Of a stretch of 63,914 nucleotides of DNA, positions 1-13,964 are shown in pieces. The translations under genes and the position numbers were made by a program. Under the pieces are notes generated by a model, which made no database searches, had not been told where the DNA came from, and saw nothing but the letters and a program-made list of their open reading frames with translations. Position 1 is the stretch's first letter, and every line of letters starts with the position of its first letter. The stretch spans positions 68,166,280-68,230,193 of the forward strand of contig JARFYF010000094.1 in the NCBI GenBank assembly GCA_030265395.1. The letters run 5' to 3'. Origin of the DNA: Rhina ancylostomus. Its lineage: Eukaryota.

Positions 1-1529
1 AATCTTATCCAAGTTGCATCCAGCACTCCCGACTCTGATTACTCATTATTCTCAACTCTGTTGATAGATCTTCAGAGATTTATTTTCTATTCTTTCTCTC
101 CCTGGCTTGGCACCTAGTTGCAGAGCACTGTGAAATGCTTGACTGAAATAATATTATGTCAAGATGAGTATGTTACACAGATTACAGACTCTGCATAAAT
201 CTCTATGTCACCTCACTGTATTGGGAGAATTCAAAAATATTCATAAAGTTGCAAATTATATCTGTTTTTTTTGCTAACAGTTTATAACAGAAAAATTCTT
301 GTTTAACCAAACGTCAAATCTTACTATGACAGATATTAAAGTGAGCAGAGCCAATGTTTTGCTGAATGTAAAACTGTGAGAATAAAACATTAGCTGATAC
401 AGTTAATGCTTGTACTAAAATGCACATATTTATTTCAACCAGTTCTGTGGCTGTATGATTGAAATAAAATTCCATAGCTTAAAACAACCCCTAAAAGTCA
501 TTTGTGTTCAATAACATTGTTTGCAGGGATTTTTAACCGTGCAGTGATGGCTCACTATAGTAGACACCAGCAATCAAATAGAAGTTTGCAGACAGCAAAC
601 TGATTGAACTTAATTCTCTAAGTGGTTATGGAATTCATGGCCCACAGGTGACCCAATTTTTCTAATAAATACGATATCATCTAATGGAAAAAATTCTCAA
701 CTTAGACCACTTAATAGCACTGGTGATTTGTGACAGTAATAGAGCAACACAATAAATTGCAGCAAGGCTCATTATTTGAAGAAGTTTCATGCTGTAATTG
801 ACTCTTGACTGAATTGTTTGTAAACTCAATATTCCTGCACATGTGTGACATTTCTTTAATTAGCCAACAATCAATACCTATCCTAGAAAATCAGCCAGTG
901 AGGTTGAGAAAGAGGGTGAATCTGGATACATTTCCACATTTTTGTTCAATATATTTTACATGAACTTCTATGAATTTGATCTTTATCATTTGGTTAATTT
1001 TATAAAATTGTTATGCTCCTTTTTGCTATTTTTAATGTTAATTAGGATTCTATCTTGTTTAATTACCAGATCATCCCAGGAATGAGCTATTGAGCCACAG
1101 TGAGTGTTTGCTTGGTTTATGTTCATGAGGAAGAATGGAGATCAAAATTAATGCCTTTCCTAAAGTACATTCAATTAATCTCACTCTTCTGAAGGTAGGT
1201 GTTTTCTGATTGTTTTACACTGGGTATATCTTCACTTATTTTCCCACTCACCTATTTGTTATGGTTTCATAAGTNNNNNNNNNNCTACATGGCCATGCCC
1301 AAGTTAGCCTCCCAGTCGAGGTTCACCCAAGGCCCCAATTTGACCTCATCCATAAACAAAACAAGCACAATGAGAATCTTGGTGATTTTGCCCTTTTATC
1401 CCTTCTTAACCAAAAAACAGAGAGCCTAATTCCAAAGGCACCCACAGAAGTGTCCAGTAAAGAGGTGATAGCAAGAATAGCGCCATGCCATCCACCTACA
1501 ATTGATGCCCAAACAATAAGGAGTGGAGT

Positions 1530-1878
1530 GTGGGTGGCAGAGTGGTCCTGGTAGTAAGCCACTGTCCTACAGCTCCAGTGACCTGAGTTTAATCTTAACC
1601 CCTGTTGCTGTCTGTGGGGAGTTTGCACATTCTTCCTGCTACTGCATGGGTTTCCTATGGGTACTGTGATCTCCTCCCACATCCCAGAAATATGCATGTT
1701 GGTAGGTTAATTGGCTGCTGTAAATTGTCCCTAGTGAATGTAGTGGTAGAAACTAAAGGGAGTTATTGGGAATGCAGGGAGAATAAAACTGGAAGTAGTG
1801 GAAATGTGTGCTTGATTGTCTGCATGGTTACAGAGGGCCAAAGGGCCTGTTTGTGTTCTCTATGACTCTATGATTCTA
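1530..1878 (+). mobile_element. tRNA-derived V-SINE (HE1-like) with CR1-type 3' tail
   Basis: A/B-box-like head, V-domain-like gtggggagtttgcacattct...gggtttcct...ctcccacatccc, tail gggccaaagggcctgttt...tatgactctatgattcta shared with CR1 3' ends in this window. Confidence 0.75.
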
Positions 1879-2734
1879 ATATATGCCTTTGTCTACATCT
1901 TTTAGCCCTTGTAGGTATTTCTAATGGCAGTAATTCAACTTAGTTTTATGTTACAAGGTTTTAAAGTTTCTTTGTCTGCAGTATTTTTGCATCATTTTAT
2001 CCACTGGTCCTTTTTTAATTGGGGGGGGTGGTTAACAGTGATATTGTTCTCAGGTTTAACATTTCAAGACTAACCCCAGGAATGAACTTTTGCTTGTTGT
2101 TAGCCAGAGTGTATATGCACTCCAGCTGGAATATTTATAACAATCCCAGAGGTTAAACATAAAGCTCTTAATTTAATTATAGCCCCAAAATTATACTACA
2201 AATTTCAGCATTTAGTTGTACACAGTGGAATAAACATAATAAGCTTGTAATATCCTCTTCCAGAACTGAAGCTGTACATAGATTCAAAATTTCTCACCAG
2301 TTCAGCAGATCTTGGATGGTTCTGTCAAAAGTTGTGTCTTTACAGTCCAACAGCTATTAGAAATAACCTCTATTGCTAATTAACTATCTGTTACTATGGC
2401 AATACTTTCTTCATTTACATTAATCATTCAACCAATTAGTTAAGGTGCAAATGAGAAAACATGAAATCTTTGCACTTGGAATAAAAGTCCAATCAATTTG
2501 CTCCAAAACAGGCTGATATATAATTTGTAAAGTCAAATCTGCTCATTTAAATGATCCTTAAAATGAATGTCTAAAATGAACACCGTGGCTGCATTCTGTC
2601 ACTCCAGTGGCTGCTGGGTTAAGTCTCAGATGTTGTTAAATACCCTTAACACTAGAGTAATGGTGTGACAGGATATGCAAATAAGTATGACCAACAAATA
2701 AAACAGAATAAAAACATATGACAATCCTCCCAGA

Positions 2735-5700
2735 CATATTTTTGATATGGGAGGACATAACAGCAGTACTTTGAGATGAAATTCTTGGGAGATCGTCCCG
2801 TGAGGCCATATGGGTAGAACTCAGAAACAACAAAGGGTGGGTCACCCTAGTGGGGCTGTGTATTTATATAATAGATATATAATTAGCTGTATACATAACT
2901 CCAATAGTCAGCAGGAACCTGAGGAGCAGGTGTGCAGAGAAATTGCTCATAGTTGTAAGAATAATAGGGTTGTATTAACGGGAGATTTCAATTTCCCCGG
3001 TATTGACTGGACTATCCAGAGTGTTAGGGCCTGGACAAGGTAGAACTTGTTAAATGTATCTAGGAAAGTTTCCTATGTCAATATATAGAGGGCCTACTCG
3101 GGAGGGTGCAATACTGGACCTCCTCTTAGGGAATGAGGCAGGGCAAGTTACTTAAGTGGCAGTCAGGGAGCACTTTTGCTCTAGTGACTATAGTTCTATT
3201 AGTTTTAAGATAGTGATGGAAAAGGATAGGACAGAGACTGGACCAGGGCTAATTTTGGGGGAATTAGGCAGGATCTGGCAGAGATCAACTGGATGAGCTG
3301 GTCCGAAGGGAAAGGAACGAACAGCAAGTGGGAGGCTTTCAAGAGTGTGTAATCAAGAGTCCAGGAGCAGTGTGTTCCTGTTAGGATGAAGGGTAAACTT
3401 GGCAAGTTTAGGGAACCTTGGTTGACGAAAGATATTGAGACTCTGGGTCAAGAAAAAGGAGGAAGCATATATTGGGTTTAGGGGGTTGAGTATGAATGAA
3501 TTCCTTGATGACCATAAAAAGATTAAGAATATTCTTAAGAGGGAAATCAGGAGGGCAAAGAGGATATAAGATGGATGTGGCAGGTAGGGTTACGGAAAAT
3601 CCCAAGAGGTTCTATAGTCATATTAAGAGTAAAAGGGTGGCCAGGGAGAGAGTAGATCTCCTTAGAGATCAGCAGGGTCGCCTATGTATCGAAGCCACAG
3701 GAGATGGGTGGGATTTTTAATGAATACTTCTCCTCTGTGTTTACTGAGGAGAAAATCGTTGCTGCTCAGGAACAAGGGAAACTAGTGGTGATGCTTTGGA
3801 GGATATTTATATCACCAGGGAGGATGTATTTGGAGCATTACAGCACATTAAGGTGGATAAATCCCCAGGGCCTGACTGAGTGCATCCTCAGACTTTGTGG
3901 GAGGCAAGAGAAGAAATTGTGGAAGTCCTTGTGGAGATATTTGCTTCATCATTAGCCACTGGTGAAGTTCCTGGAGATTGGAAGGTGGCTATTGTTGTGC
4001 TGTTGTTTGAGGAGGGTAGAAATGACAAACCAGGGAATTACAGGCCAGTCAGTCTGACATCAGCAGTGGGGAAGTTACTGAAGGGAATTCTGAAGGACAG
4101 AATCTACCAGCATTTGGATCCAGTCTGATTAGGAAGAGTCAGCATGGCTTTGTGTGTGGAAAGTCACACTTGATGAACTGTTTAGAGTTTTTTGAAGAGG
4201 TAACCATAAAGGTAGATGAGGGTAGGGCAGTGGATGTTGCCTTTTGGATTTTAGCAAGGCCTTTCTGGTCCAACATGGTAGACTGGTTTGGAAGGTTAAG
4301 TTCCATGGAATCCACAGAGAGCTAGTTAGGTGGATTCAAAATTGGCTCTGAAATAGGAAGCAGAGGGCGGTGGTTGAAGGCTGTTTCTTGGATTGGAGGC
4401 CAGTGACAAGTGGCGTGCCGCAAAGGTCGGCGTTGGGACCTGTGTCATTTGTTAGTTATATAAATGATTTGGATGCACAAGGCTTGATCAGTAAGTTTGT
4501 GGATGACATGAAATTAGGAGGTGTTGTTGATAGTGAAGAAGGTTATCGTAGATTACNNNNNNNNNNNNNNNNNNNNNNNNNNNNNNNNNNNNNNNNNNNN
4601 NNNNNNNNNNNNNNNNNNNNNNNNNNNNNNNNNNNNNNNNNNNNNNNNNNNNNNNNTTAGGTCCCATGGAATCCGGGGAGGGCTAGTTCGATGGATTCCA
4701 AATTGGGTTGGAGGTAGGAAGCAGAGGGTGGTGATTGAGGGTTGTTTCTCAGAAAAGAGACCAGTGACTAGTGGTGTGCCACAGGAATCAGTGTTGGGAC
4801 CCTTACTATTCGATACTTATATAAATGATTTGGATGCAAATGCACAAGGCTTGATCAGTAAGTTTGTGGATGACACGAAGTTAGGAGGTGGTGTGATAGT
4901 GAAGAAAGTTATCGTAGATTGCAGTGTTTTCTTGATCAGTTAGGGAAGTGGGCTGAGGAGTGACAAATGGATTTCAATACAGATAAATGTGAGGTTATGC
5001 CTTTTGAAAGTGAAACCAGTGTAGGGCTTACACTATGAATGGTAGAGTACCAGGGAGTAATAATGGAACTGAGGGACCTAACAGTACAAGTCAAAGTTCG
5101 CTGAAAACGGTGTCACAGGTAGACAGGGTAGTGAAAAAGGCATTTAGCACGCTGGCCTTCATCAGTCAGGGTACTGAGTATAGGAGTTGGGACATTATGT
5201 TGCAGTTGCATAAGTTATTGGAGTACTGTGTACAGATTTGGTCACCCTGTCATAGGAAAGATATGGTTAAACTGGAAAGAGTGCAGAAAATATTTATGAG
5301 GATGTTGCCAGGACTAGAGGGCCTGAGTTATAGGGAAAGGTTGGCCAGGTGAGGTCTTTATTCCTTGCAGCATCGGAAAATGAGGGGTGACCTTATAGAA
5401 ATGTTTAAAATTATGAGGGGCATAGATGAGGTTGATGGTAACAGTCTTTTCCTCAGGGTAGGGGAGTCCAAAATGGGGGGGAATAGATTTAAGGTGAGAG
5501 GGGAAAGATTTAAAAGGGACTTGAGGGGCAACTTTTTCATGCAGAGGGTGATGAGTATATGGAACAAGCTGCTCAAGGAAGTGGTTGAGAAAGATACAAT
5601 AGTTTCATTTAAGAAGCACTTGAATAGGTGCATGGAGGGGCAGGGCTTAGATATGGGCCGAACACAGGAAATTGGGATTAGCTGAGTGGGCACTGTGGTC

Positions 5701-5759
5701 AGCCTGGACTCAATGGGCTGAAGGGGTTGTATCCGTGCTGTATTGCTCTATGACTCTAT
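2735..5759 (+). mobile_element. CR1 LINE, near-complete but decayed ORF2 (APE endonuclease + RT) with 3' UTR
   Basis: Frameshifted fragments: GDFNFPGIDW (APE), PGNYRPVSLTS, SGVPQ.S.LGP, SKFVDD.KLGG, KLERVQ, RGDLIEMFKIM, RGNFFMQRV. Ends in tgctctatgactcta. Contains an assembly gap at 4557-4656. Confidence 0.93.
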
Positions 5760-7422
5760 ATCAAAGATATATAAATCAGACAATTTTAGGCAAAATCATA
5801 AATTAAACAATGGATGGACTCTCACGATATTTGAAAGTGCCAGTAGTACCCTGATCATGGTCCAGCCTATTTAAAATACAACATTGGTTAATTCACCAGA
5901 AATAAATAAAACCAATGGTCAGTTAATAATGTCTAGATATCAAAAAAATCAGGCCAATCTGACATTTTTAACAGAGATTATCAGTAACTGAAGCCTCAAT
6001 AAGTTTTAATGCCACTTACTTTCAATTTGATCACAGACTTTATAAGTCATTACAATTTCCTCCCTCCAAATCATCTTTATTTCTCATGCACAAAAGAATT
6101 AAAATACACTAGAAGTTGAAGAATTATTTGAATTCATCTAAATGTAATGGTTGCTATTAGCAGAGAATGGAAAACATCAATGATATTTCCCAATAATTTT
6201 GCTCAATCACAAGAAGATGCTGTCTGACCTGTAGCATTTTGTGTGTGTTTCTTCACTCTTTGACACCCTGCTAAATATCCCCATTTGGTGCTGTGTTCAA
6301 ACATATAAACCAGAAAGATTTGATAATTGCTTCCTAGTGAAGTTTAAGTAATCTCAAAGGGAATGGAAATGAAGAGTGTTATAATTTATCTAAATTCATT
6401 TTAATTAAGAATTAAATACTGGAAACATTCATCAAGTCCGGCAGTAAATGTTATGAAGGAAAAAAAATGCTTCAGGTTTAGATTTGTCATGAATCTGTAA
6501 AAAAAAAATAAAGGGCTACCATTTCTAAAGAATAAAGAAATTTGTGGCAAAATAACCCTACAAAACAGATCAACATGAGCTTATTCAAGCTCTCTGAGGA
6601 AGCAGTTTCCTTCGGGACATGATGTGCAGGGGCACTTTGATTTAAGAACATGCACCGTGGGATTGAATTTTGAGGCTAAGTAGCTCTTTAGACCAAGTAA
6701 AAGAAAATTCAGGGGGACAGCAAATAATCAAAGTCCTGAATAGGGTAGAGGGAAGAACTGGTTAAATTATAATTGTGATCATGGGGTAATAGGCTCAGGA
6801 TGAAAGTTCTGAGGAATGGTTATTGACCTGAAATAGTCACCAGTTTTCTCCTCATGGATGTTATCTATTAACAGCCTTTTATTTTTGTTTCAGATTTCCA
6901 GCATCTGCCATATTTTATTTTTGAATAAACTAAATTAAGCATCAGCATTCACCACTTAAGTAGGATGCCAGATGATGTTGCTGGGAACTGGTCCAACCTG
7001 TACCATTGTTATTGTAATTTTTGGCATTGAAGAATACCACATCTTTTTAGCAACCATTTTATTTGCATACTATAACATATTTAGTTAATAATTGAGTCAG
7101 TGAGAATCAAGCAAGCAAAACTGTCGAAACTTAATCAATATATGGTTATGATTGCAAGCCTTTGTTTCATATTGTTCTATGTAATCATTATACATTTAAG
7201 AAAATGGTTACGAAGGAAGAGTAAATTATGTTACACAATGAACCATAGTGACCTTAAAAGGGAGTTGAGAAATGAAAGATTTCAATCATTTTATAACAGA
7301 GCTTTTTTATATCCAAACATGTGTTGAGTTAAGCTGGTACAGCCTATGTGACCATGTTCAATCTCTTTTGAAATCAAAGCATTTACCCAACCTTTACTTG
7401 CTTTCCCCATTGAAGATCTTAC

Positions 7423-7585
7423 CCTGCCAACAGGCTCCAACAGTTAGCTGCATATCAATGTGCGATGGGTGGATGGGCCAGTCATCTGTCACCAGGTACG
7501 GGTCATAAATCACTCCATCCACGTACAATGTTGCCACAGGAAACTCAACATTAATAACGTAATAATGCCATTCCTTGTCACAGAT
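7423..7585 (-). CDS. CLSTN2: Calsyntenin-2 coding exon (exon 9 equivalent), LNS domain
   Basis: 163 nt, ctttctccctttcag| ... |gtaaga. ICDKEWHYYVINVEFPVATLYVDGVIYDPYLVTDDWPIHPSHIDMQLTVGACWQG. Phase 0 join to the previous exon. Not in the ORF track. Confidence 0.96.
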
Positions 7586-7659
7586 CTGAAAGGGAGAAAG
7601 ACTCCAGCTTTATTTCATGTCAAAGCACAGTTGAACTTTTGTTTTGCAGAAGATCAACA

Positions 7660-10130
7660 AGTAACATGATTGTAAATACAGAAAATGACAGCGATATCAG
7701 CAGGCCAGGCAGCACCTTTGGAGTGAGGAATAGTTAATACTTCAGGTTGATGATCCATCATCAGAACTGAAAAAGCGAGAATCAAGCACGTTTTATGTTG
7801 CAGTAAGAGGAAAGGGTGAAGAGAACCAAGGGAATGTATGTGACAGGATGGAGACCAAGTTTGTTGAAGTGACACATTTGCTTTCAGTGCCATCCGAGAG
7901 AGGGATATCAATGCTTATCAATCATAGTTGATCTGGAGGGGTGCAAATAGGAGATGAATAAGAGCAATAGAAAAAGAAAGAAATGCTCAAACTGTGAGAT
8001 GCAGAATGCAACAGTTGCTGGAAATCTGAAAGTAAAGAGAATGCTGGAAATACCCAGTGGATCAGGTAGCATCTGTGGAGGGAGAAAAACCAAGCTGTTA
8101 TGGTTGAATGATGTTACATCAGAACTGGCCAGTTCTGACATAAACTGGAAAGACTGGTTATCTGAAATATTTGCATTCTATATTGGATCCCAATGGCTGC
8201 AACATGCCTAGATGGAAGATGAAGTGTTGTTCTTCAAGTTTATTTTGGGCATCATTGGAAATAGTGTAGGGAGTCAAAGTATGGGAGTGGAATGGAGAAG
8301 TAAGGCATCATGTGACTGGAAGCTTAGGATCACCCTTGTGAACTGAACAGAGATGTTCTGCAAAGTGATTGCCCAACTTGCAGTTGGTTCCACCACATCA
8401 TGAACACACTAAATTGGAAGATGTGCAAAGAAGCGGCTGCTTCACCTGGAAGGATTGCTTGAGTCCTAAGAACGTGAAAGAAAGATGTGAACAGGCAGGT
8501 ATTGCATCTTCTGTGGTTGAATGGGAGAAGGGAACCATTTGGTGGAGATACATGATTAAACTGGGGAATTGTGAATGATACAGTCCCTTTGGAATACTGG
8601 AATGGGTGGGGGTGGGAGAGGTATCTGGTGGTGGAATCTCATCGAGGTTGCACTATTTATTTATTTTGTAATTTATAATAATGTTATGTCTTTTCACTGT
8701 ACTAGCTGCCACAAAACAACAAATCTCACGACATACAAGTCAGTGAATAATAAACCTAATTCTAATTCTGATCCTGATAATCTGTGGAACGTGGAGGCTG
8801 GTGGTTGCAACACGAGGATAAGAAAACCATATCCATGGTCTGACTGGGAGACAGCGAGAGCAAAGGTCTGGTAAATAGAGGGGATGTGATTGAGAACTCC
8901 CTCAACTATAGTGGAGGGGCAAGAGTAAGGAAGATAAGCAGTTCTGAGGAAAGTCATCATCAGAACAGATAAGAGAGAGGAACTGGGAGAATGGAATTGA
9001 ATCCTTTTGGCAGCAGGGTGGAAGGAAGTGCAAGTGCGATAACTGTGGAAGTCTATGGGTTTAGAATAGTTACTGGTTGCTAAAATATCCTGTAAGATGG
9101 AGGTAGGGGAGTCAAGAAAGAGTCAGATGTAGATCACATGAAAAATGGGAACAAGGTCAGAACTGACAGCAAAAATGATGTACAAGTGCAGGAAGCAGCA
9201 GCAACACAATCAATAATACACCAGAAAAACAGTTGTTTCAGAACTATTCCATGTATATCACAAGGAGGCAATTGTAGCTTCGGTCTACGTGAATTTCCGT
9301 TGTTACATCAGTGACTTGTGGAGAGTCAGTGGGGTTAAAGGAAAACTTGTTCAATGCAAGAACAAATTCAGCTAGGAGTTTAGTGGTGGAGGGTAACTGA
9401 CTGGGCCCAGTTCAAAAAGGTGAAAGGTCATCAATCCATCCTAGAAATGCAGAGGATGAAGGTGAGCTGTCCAGGAACAGTGATGGGAAGTATCAGAGAA
9501 GACTGGGATGCTAGTGGGAAGGGACTGAATAAGGGGAGGTAAGGTGGAAAGAAATAAGTTTAGTGGGAGAAGAGCAGGCTGAAACAATGGGTCGTCCAGG
9601 ACAGTCCTACTTGTGGATCATGCAACAACTTATGCAGGGTTAGGGGGCTATGATGCTGGATGTTATGGAGGGAAGATATCCTGAGGAAATGAAATCCAGT
9701 TTTTTTCTCTCTCCACAGATGCTCCCTGACTTGCTGAGTATTTCCAGCATTCTCTTTCATTTCAGATTTCCAGAAATTCTGCTTTCTGTACCTAGGTTCC
9801 AGCAATGTTTTTTTTCCCCACTACTGCCCTCATTCATCCTTCTCATTTACATTCCTCCAGAAAGATGAGCTACAATCAACAGGTATTGATTTCCCTCTCA
9901 AAGATTACACTAGAACAGCTGTATCATCTGGACAACTTTGGTCTCTGCCCTATCACAGTCATTCCCTTTGTTCTTCCTACCTTCCTTCTCCTCTCTGCAG
10001 CTCTAAGGTCATTGATCTGAAATGTTTATTGTTTTTCTCTCTCACAGATGCTGCCTGACCTGATGATTTTTTTCCAGCATTCGCTGTTTTCATTTCAGAT
10101 TTCCTACATATGCAGTTTTTGCCTTTCCAG
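7660..10130 (-). mobile_element. Degraded Penelope-like retroelement (RT + GIY-YIG) with inverted terminal pLTR blocks
   Basis: Minus-strand translation at about 9200-9380 gives LAEFVLALNKFSFN...SYNCLLVIYME (PLE RT region). At about 8180-8455 it gives SFQVKQPLLCTSSNLV...LGNHFAEHLCSV...PKLPV...AQNKLEEQHFIFHLGMLQPLGSNIE (PLE GIY-YIG C-terminus). 7670-8140 is roughly the reverse complement of 9690-10130. Confidence 0.8.
8648..8778 (+). mobile_element. Short LINE 3' tail (Rex1/Babar-like, tentative) inserted in the Penelope element
   Basis: gctgccacaaaacaacaaatctcacgacata...aataaacc followed by short tandem repeats (taattc/tgatcc). Interrupts the PLE body. Confidence 0.45.
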
Positions 10131-12809
10131 TAATTCAATAATCCTGTTATCCAACTTTGATGCTAGATCATTCAACGCCAAGCTTCCTTTCAGTGCTTAA
10201 TAACACCATTATCGGCTGTGCAAAATAAATTATATTAAAATATTGTGACACTTATTGCACATTATCATTATTATGGATTTGGAACAATTTAAAAGATTTC
10301 ACCTTCTTTCCCGTTCTTGGTAAATGCAGGAAAAAATTGACTGAAATTTGATTACCATGATAAAAGTTTAATAAGCCAATATCTGTTGAAAAATATAATC
10401 TGAAAGAAATGATAGCTCTATTTAAAAGTTGAATTCATGAATGCATTTAATTTTATTTTGATTTCTTTTCAATTTGAAACTCCTACATGTAGGAACTGAG
10501 AAAAGAAAGTAAATGGGTCTGTTCAAAGCAGATGTAGTCACCAGAATTTTATTATTGTTCAAAGACTAGAATTGATTGTGCTCAGAAAATCTCTCTGTTT
10601 TTCATTCCATCAGTAACTTATTTTAAAACAAAGCAATTCTTTGCTAGATTTGTGTAAAATACATTTTATGGTAATTACTTAATTTCTCAGTCCAAGGACT
10701 TCTGAGGAATAAAAAAATCCTATGTCTTCTTGATGCATAATATCTAGGTGCCAGCTCTGATTCATGACTAACATTTAGCTTAATACCATAACATGAGTAA
10801 GCTCAGTGCATTGCTGGTGATTAGTGGCAGTGCTAATTTGCTTTGGAAAATGAATTTTAAAGTTGGTGATCATGGTAACAAATCATTACAGACATTAGGG
10901 AGAAGCAGTCATAGTCAGAGTATGAAGTTTAAGATATAATAGACATTAATACAAATGAGAACCAGTCTTCATGAACCATTTCAAAATGTACACCGAAAGC
11001 AGTAATCACTTTTGAAATTAAAAGCACAGTTGCATGAATAAGCACCACTCTCTGAAGAGAGCTGACTACTGACTCACAGTAGGTGGCCACTTAAGAGATA
11101 TGGTTTATAAACTGACAAAACCATGAGACATTCTTATATGCATCGACCAAACATATAGACAAATGGGGCTGTGCTAACTGGCCTGCATCAAACCAGACAT
11201 CAGACATCTTCAACTAAGCAATTAATAATTGGGTATCTGTGTATGCAGAGACTCATCTCCCATAACACAACCTTTGAGTGCCTAGGGTCTCTGTCCTCAG
11301 AAGTTTTTAGACTATCCATGTGAATTATTTTCTCCCAACAAAAGTGTTTAAATATTCAGAGGTGTTTCATCAGCGAAAGACATGCTCCCATGGTATATGT
11401 GAAATTCAATGGAATCATTTGTCTGCACTCAAAATATTGAAGTAAACTGTGCAATTGTTAACAAGTGAAACTGTATGCAAACACCTGATGTTATCTTTAC
11501 ACTTCTGAGTATAAAACCTCAATGGTACTCTGCATTCCACTGAGAGATTCACCTCAGAGACAGTCTTCCATCAGGTCTCCTTCTGCTTGGGCTGAATTAC
11601 ATTTTTACATCTAGGGCTCTGGTCTCCATATGGCTCATTCAAAGTCACAACAGCAGACTTCATTTGCCCAGGATTATGATGATTATTTTTGACCAATAAC
11701 TGAGAATATTCAGCTTTAATTCGTCAGATTTGCATGAGAAAAATAAAATTGACTGCTGTGTAACATTACTTAAACTCGAAGAAAATTCAGATGACTTTCC
11801 TTTTAATTTGTTGAATAGAATATTTAAAATTTCTAATGCTCATTTACATAAGCAATAGTTGACTGATATTTCTCAAGGGAATGCCCTTTCTATGCATTCT
11901 GTGGAATGAGTTCTAACAATCTGGATTTGCACAGCTGTTTGTGCGCTTTACCCAGGTAAATGAAACTGACACCTCACTGTCAGCAATGGAGGGGTGTGGA
12001 GTTAATTCATGACTCTGGAAAACACTTGGTTTAATCCCAAAGGTCCAGAAACACGAAAGTTCGATGGTTAGGTGAACACACTGAGGGAGAACTACTAGCA
12101 GGTAAACAAGCAATTGAGATCTGTGGTAGACAAATAAGTGGACTGGGGCACAATCTTGTCCATTGCGGAATGGGTGGATGAGGAGACTGTAGAAAGTTGA
12201 CAGTAATAACAGATTTATTACTGCTCACAGCCTGAGAATAAGAAGTTACCCTTGAATTGATCACAAGTGGATTGATTTTTCAATTGTCCAATAACTAAAA
12301 CATGTGATCTAAAAAGACACTGCAGTAGTTTGTTTCCTCTCTGATTACCATCCTCTTTTACCTTGCATCATTTTTTGTTGGTTTGTACCTTGTGCCTTGC
12401 ACCTAAAAATGGACATTGCTTTTACCTCCCCTCTTTCCTTCCCCTGAGACTCGGTTTCAGCTTAAAACCTGTATGGCTCATTCTTTTTTCTCTCTCACAT
12501 TTTTCCGATGATAGGTCAGTGAAATATGCACATAGTTTCTTTCTAAAGGTGGAAGCTGGTGTGCTGAACATTCCATATTTCTGCTTTTATTCCTGTTACA
12601 CTCAACTGCACTTCAGCATCCACATGAAACAACACGTCAAACCCTGCTGGGCGAAGCCAAGGCTTCTGAAGAGAACTGACAGCGTTAGGCAACTCCAATA
12701 GAGGGAAGTCTCAGACTTTGGCAGATTTTCTACAAGCCTGGACGTACTGATAGGTAGAGCCACACCTGATCTCTGCTGTCTCTCACTGGACTTCAGATGG
12801 AGCACATGG

Positions 12810-12951
12810 TGTTGTCCAGTTTAGAATAGAGATGAGGAGAAATTTTTTCAGCCAGAGGGTAGTAAGTTTATGGGATTCCTTGCCACGTACAGCAGTGGAG
12901 GCCAGATCATTGGGGACATTTAAAGAGGAGATAGACAGATATCTAATTAGT
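12810..12951 (+). mobile_element. CR1 3' fragment running into an assembly gap
   Basis: MRRNFFSQRVVSLWDSLPRTAVEARSLGTFKEEIDRYL. Confidence 0.85.
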
Positions 12952-13623
12952 NNNNNNNNNNNNNNNNNNNNNNNNNNNNNNNNNNNNNNNNNNNNNNNNN
13001 NNNNNNNNNNNNNNNNNNNNNNNNNNNNNNNNNNNNNNNNNNNNNNNNNNNNNNNNNNNNNNNNNNNNNNNNNNNNNNNNNNNNNNNNNNNNNNNNNNNN
13101 NNNNNNNNNNNNNNNNNNNNNNNNNNNNNNNNNNNNNNNNNNNNNNNNNNNNNNNNNNNNNNNNNNNNNTGCAACCTGACTCCCAGCTGCAGAAGGTCTG
13201 TGGGATTCACCGTCCTCACCAGGCCCAGGAAAGTGTAGGCTGATGGGGCCAAGTGCAGTAATTCCAGGGAATGGGCCTGTTTCAGGAAGATCTGCCCCAG
13301 TTTGCATTAAGTACTACCTGTTAAACTGTTCGAGGCACATACTGGTTTCCAAATTTCCTCTTTTATAATGATGTAAAACTCTCTCTAAAATATTTTAATT
13401 GAAATGAAGCCACATACTGATTACTGTCCTGTCACTGGCTGCAACCTCCTTATTGGTAAAGCTCAAGCTGTTTGTAATAAACTGAACAGTCTATTTGGTA
13501 TTATGATCTACAAGCAAATAAAATGATTATGTCTTGCATTCATGGAGCTCTTTTTCTTAATTACACTTTCACACTTAAATCTGTGGCCTACATCATGTTT
13601 ATTTTCAGATTTAAAGCCACATT

Positions 13624-13962
13624 GAACATAGAGCACAGAACGGCAACAGGCCCTTTGGCCCATGATGTCTGTGCCAACCATTAAACTAATCTCATCTGCC
13701 TGCACATGGTCTATATCCCTCCATTTGCTGCATGTTCACATGCCTGCCTAAGTGTCTCTTAGACATCACTATTCCACCACTTTCCATAGCAACAAGTTGC
13801 AGGCACGTCCCACTTCCCATGCCTTGCACTTCTCTTTTAAACATTCCCCCTCTTACCTTAAAGCTACCCCCTCCAGTCTTTGACATTCCCATCCTGGGAA
13901 AAAGACTATCTACCCTACCTATGTCTCTCATGACTCAATAACCTGGCTAATGAAGGCAAGTG
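13624..13962 (-). mobile_element. CR1 3' fragment with 3' UTR
   Basis: Minus ORF SLFPRMGMSKTGG.SFKVRGGMFKREVQG and tail ...ttctgtgctctatgttc. Confidence 0.8.
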
Positions 13963-13964
13963 CT

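Noticed and set aside
1-7400. Search for the next CLSTN2 exon (exon 10 equivalent) here, and for exon 2 beyond 49420
   Set aside because: No matching translation found by eye; these exons probably lie outside the window or in gaps.
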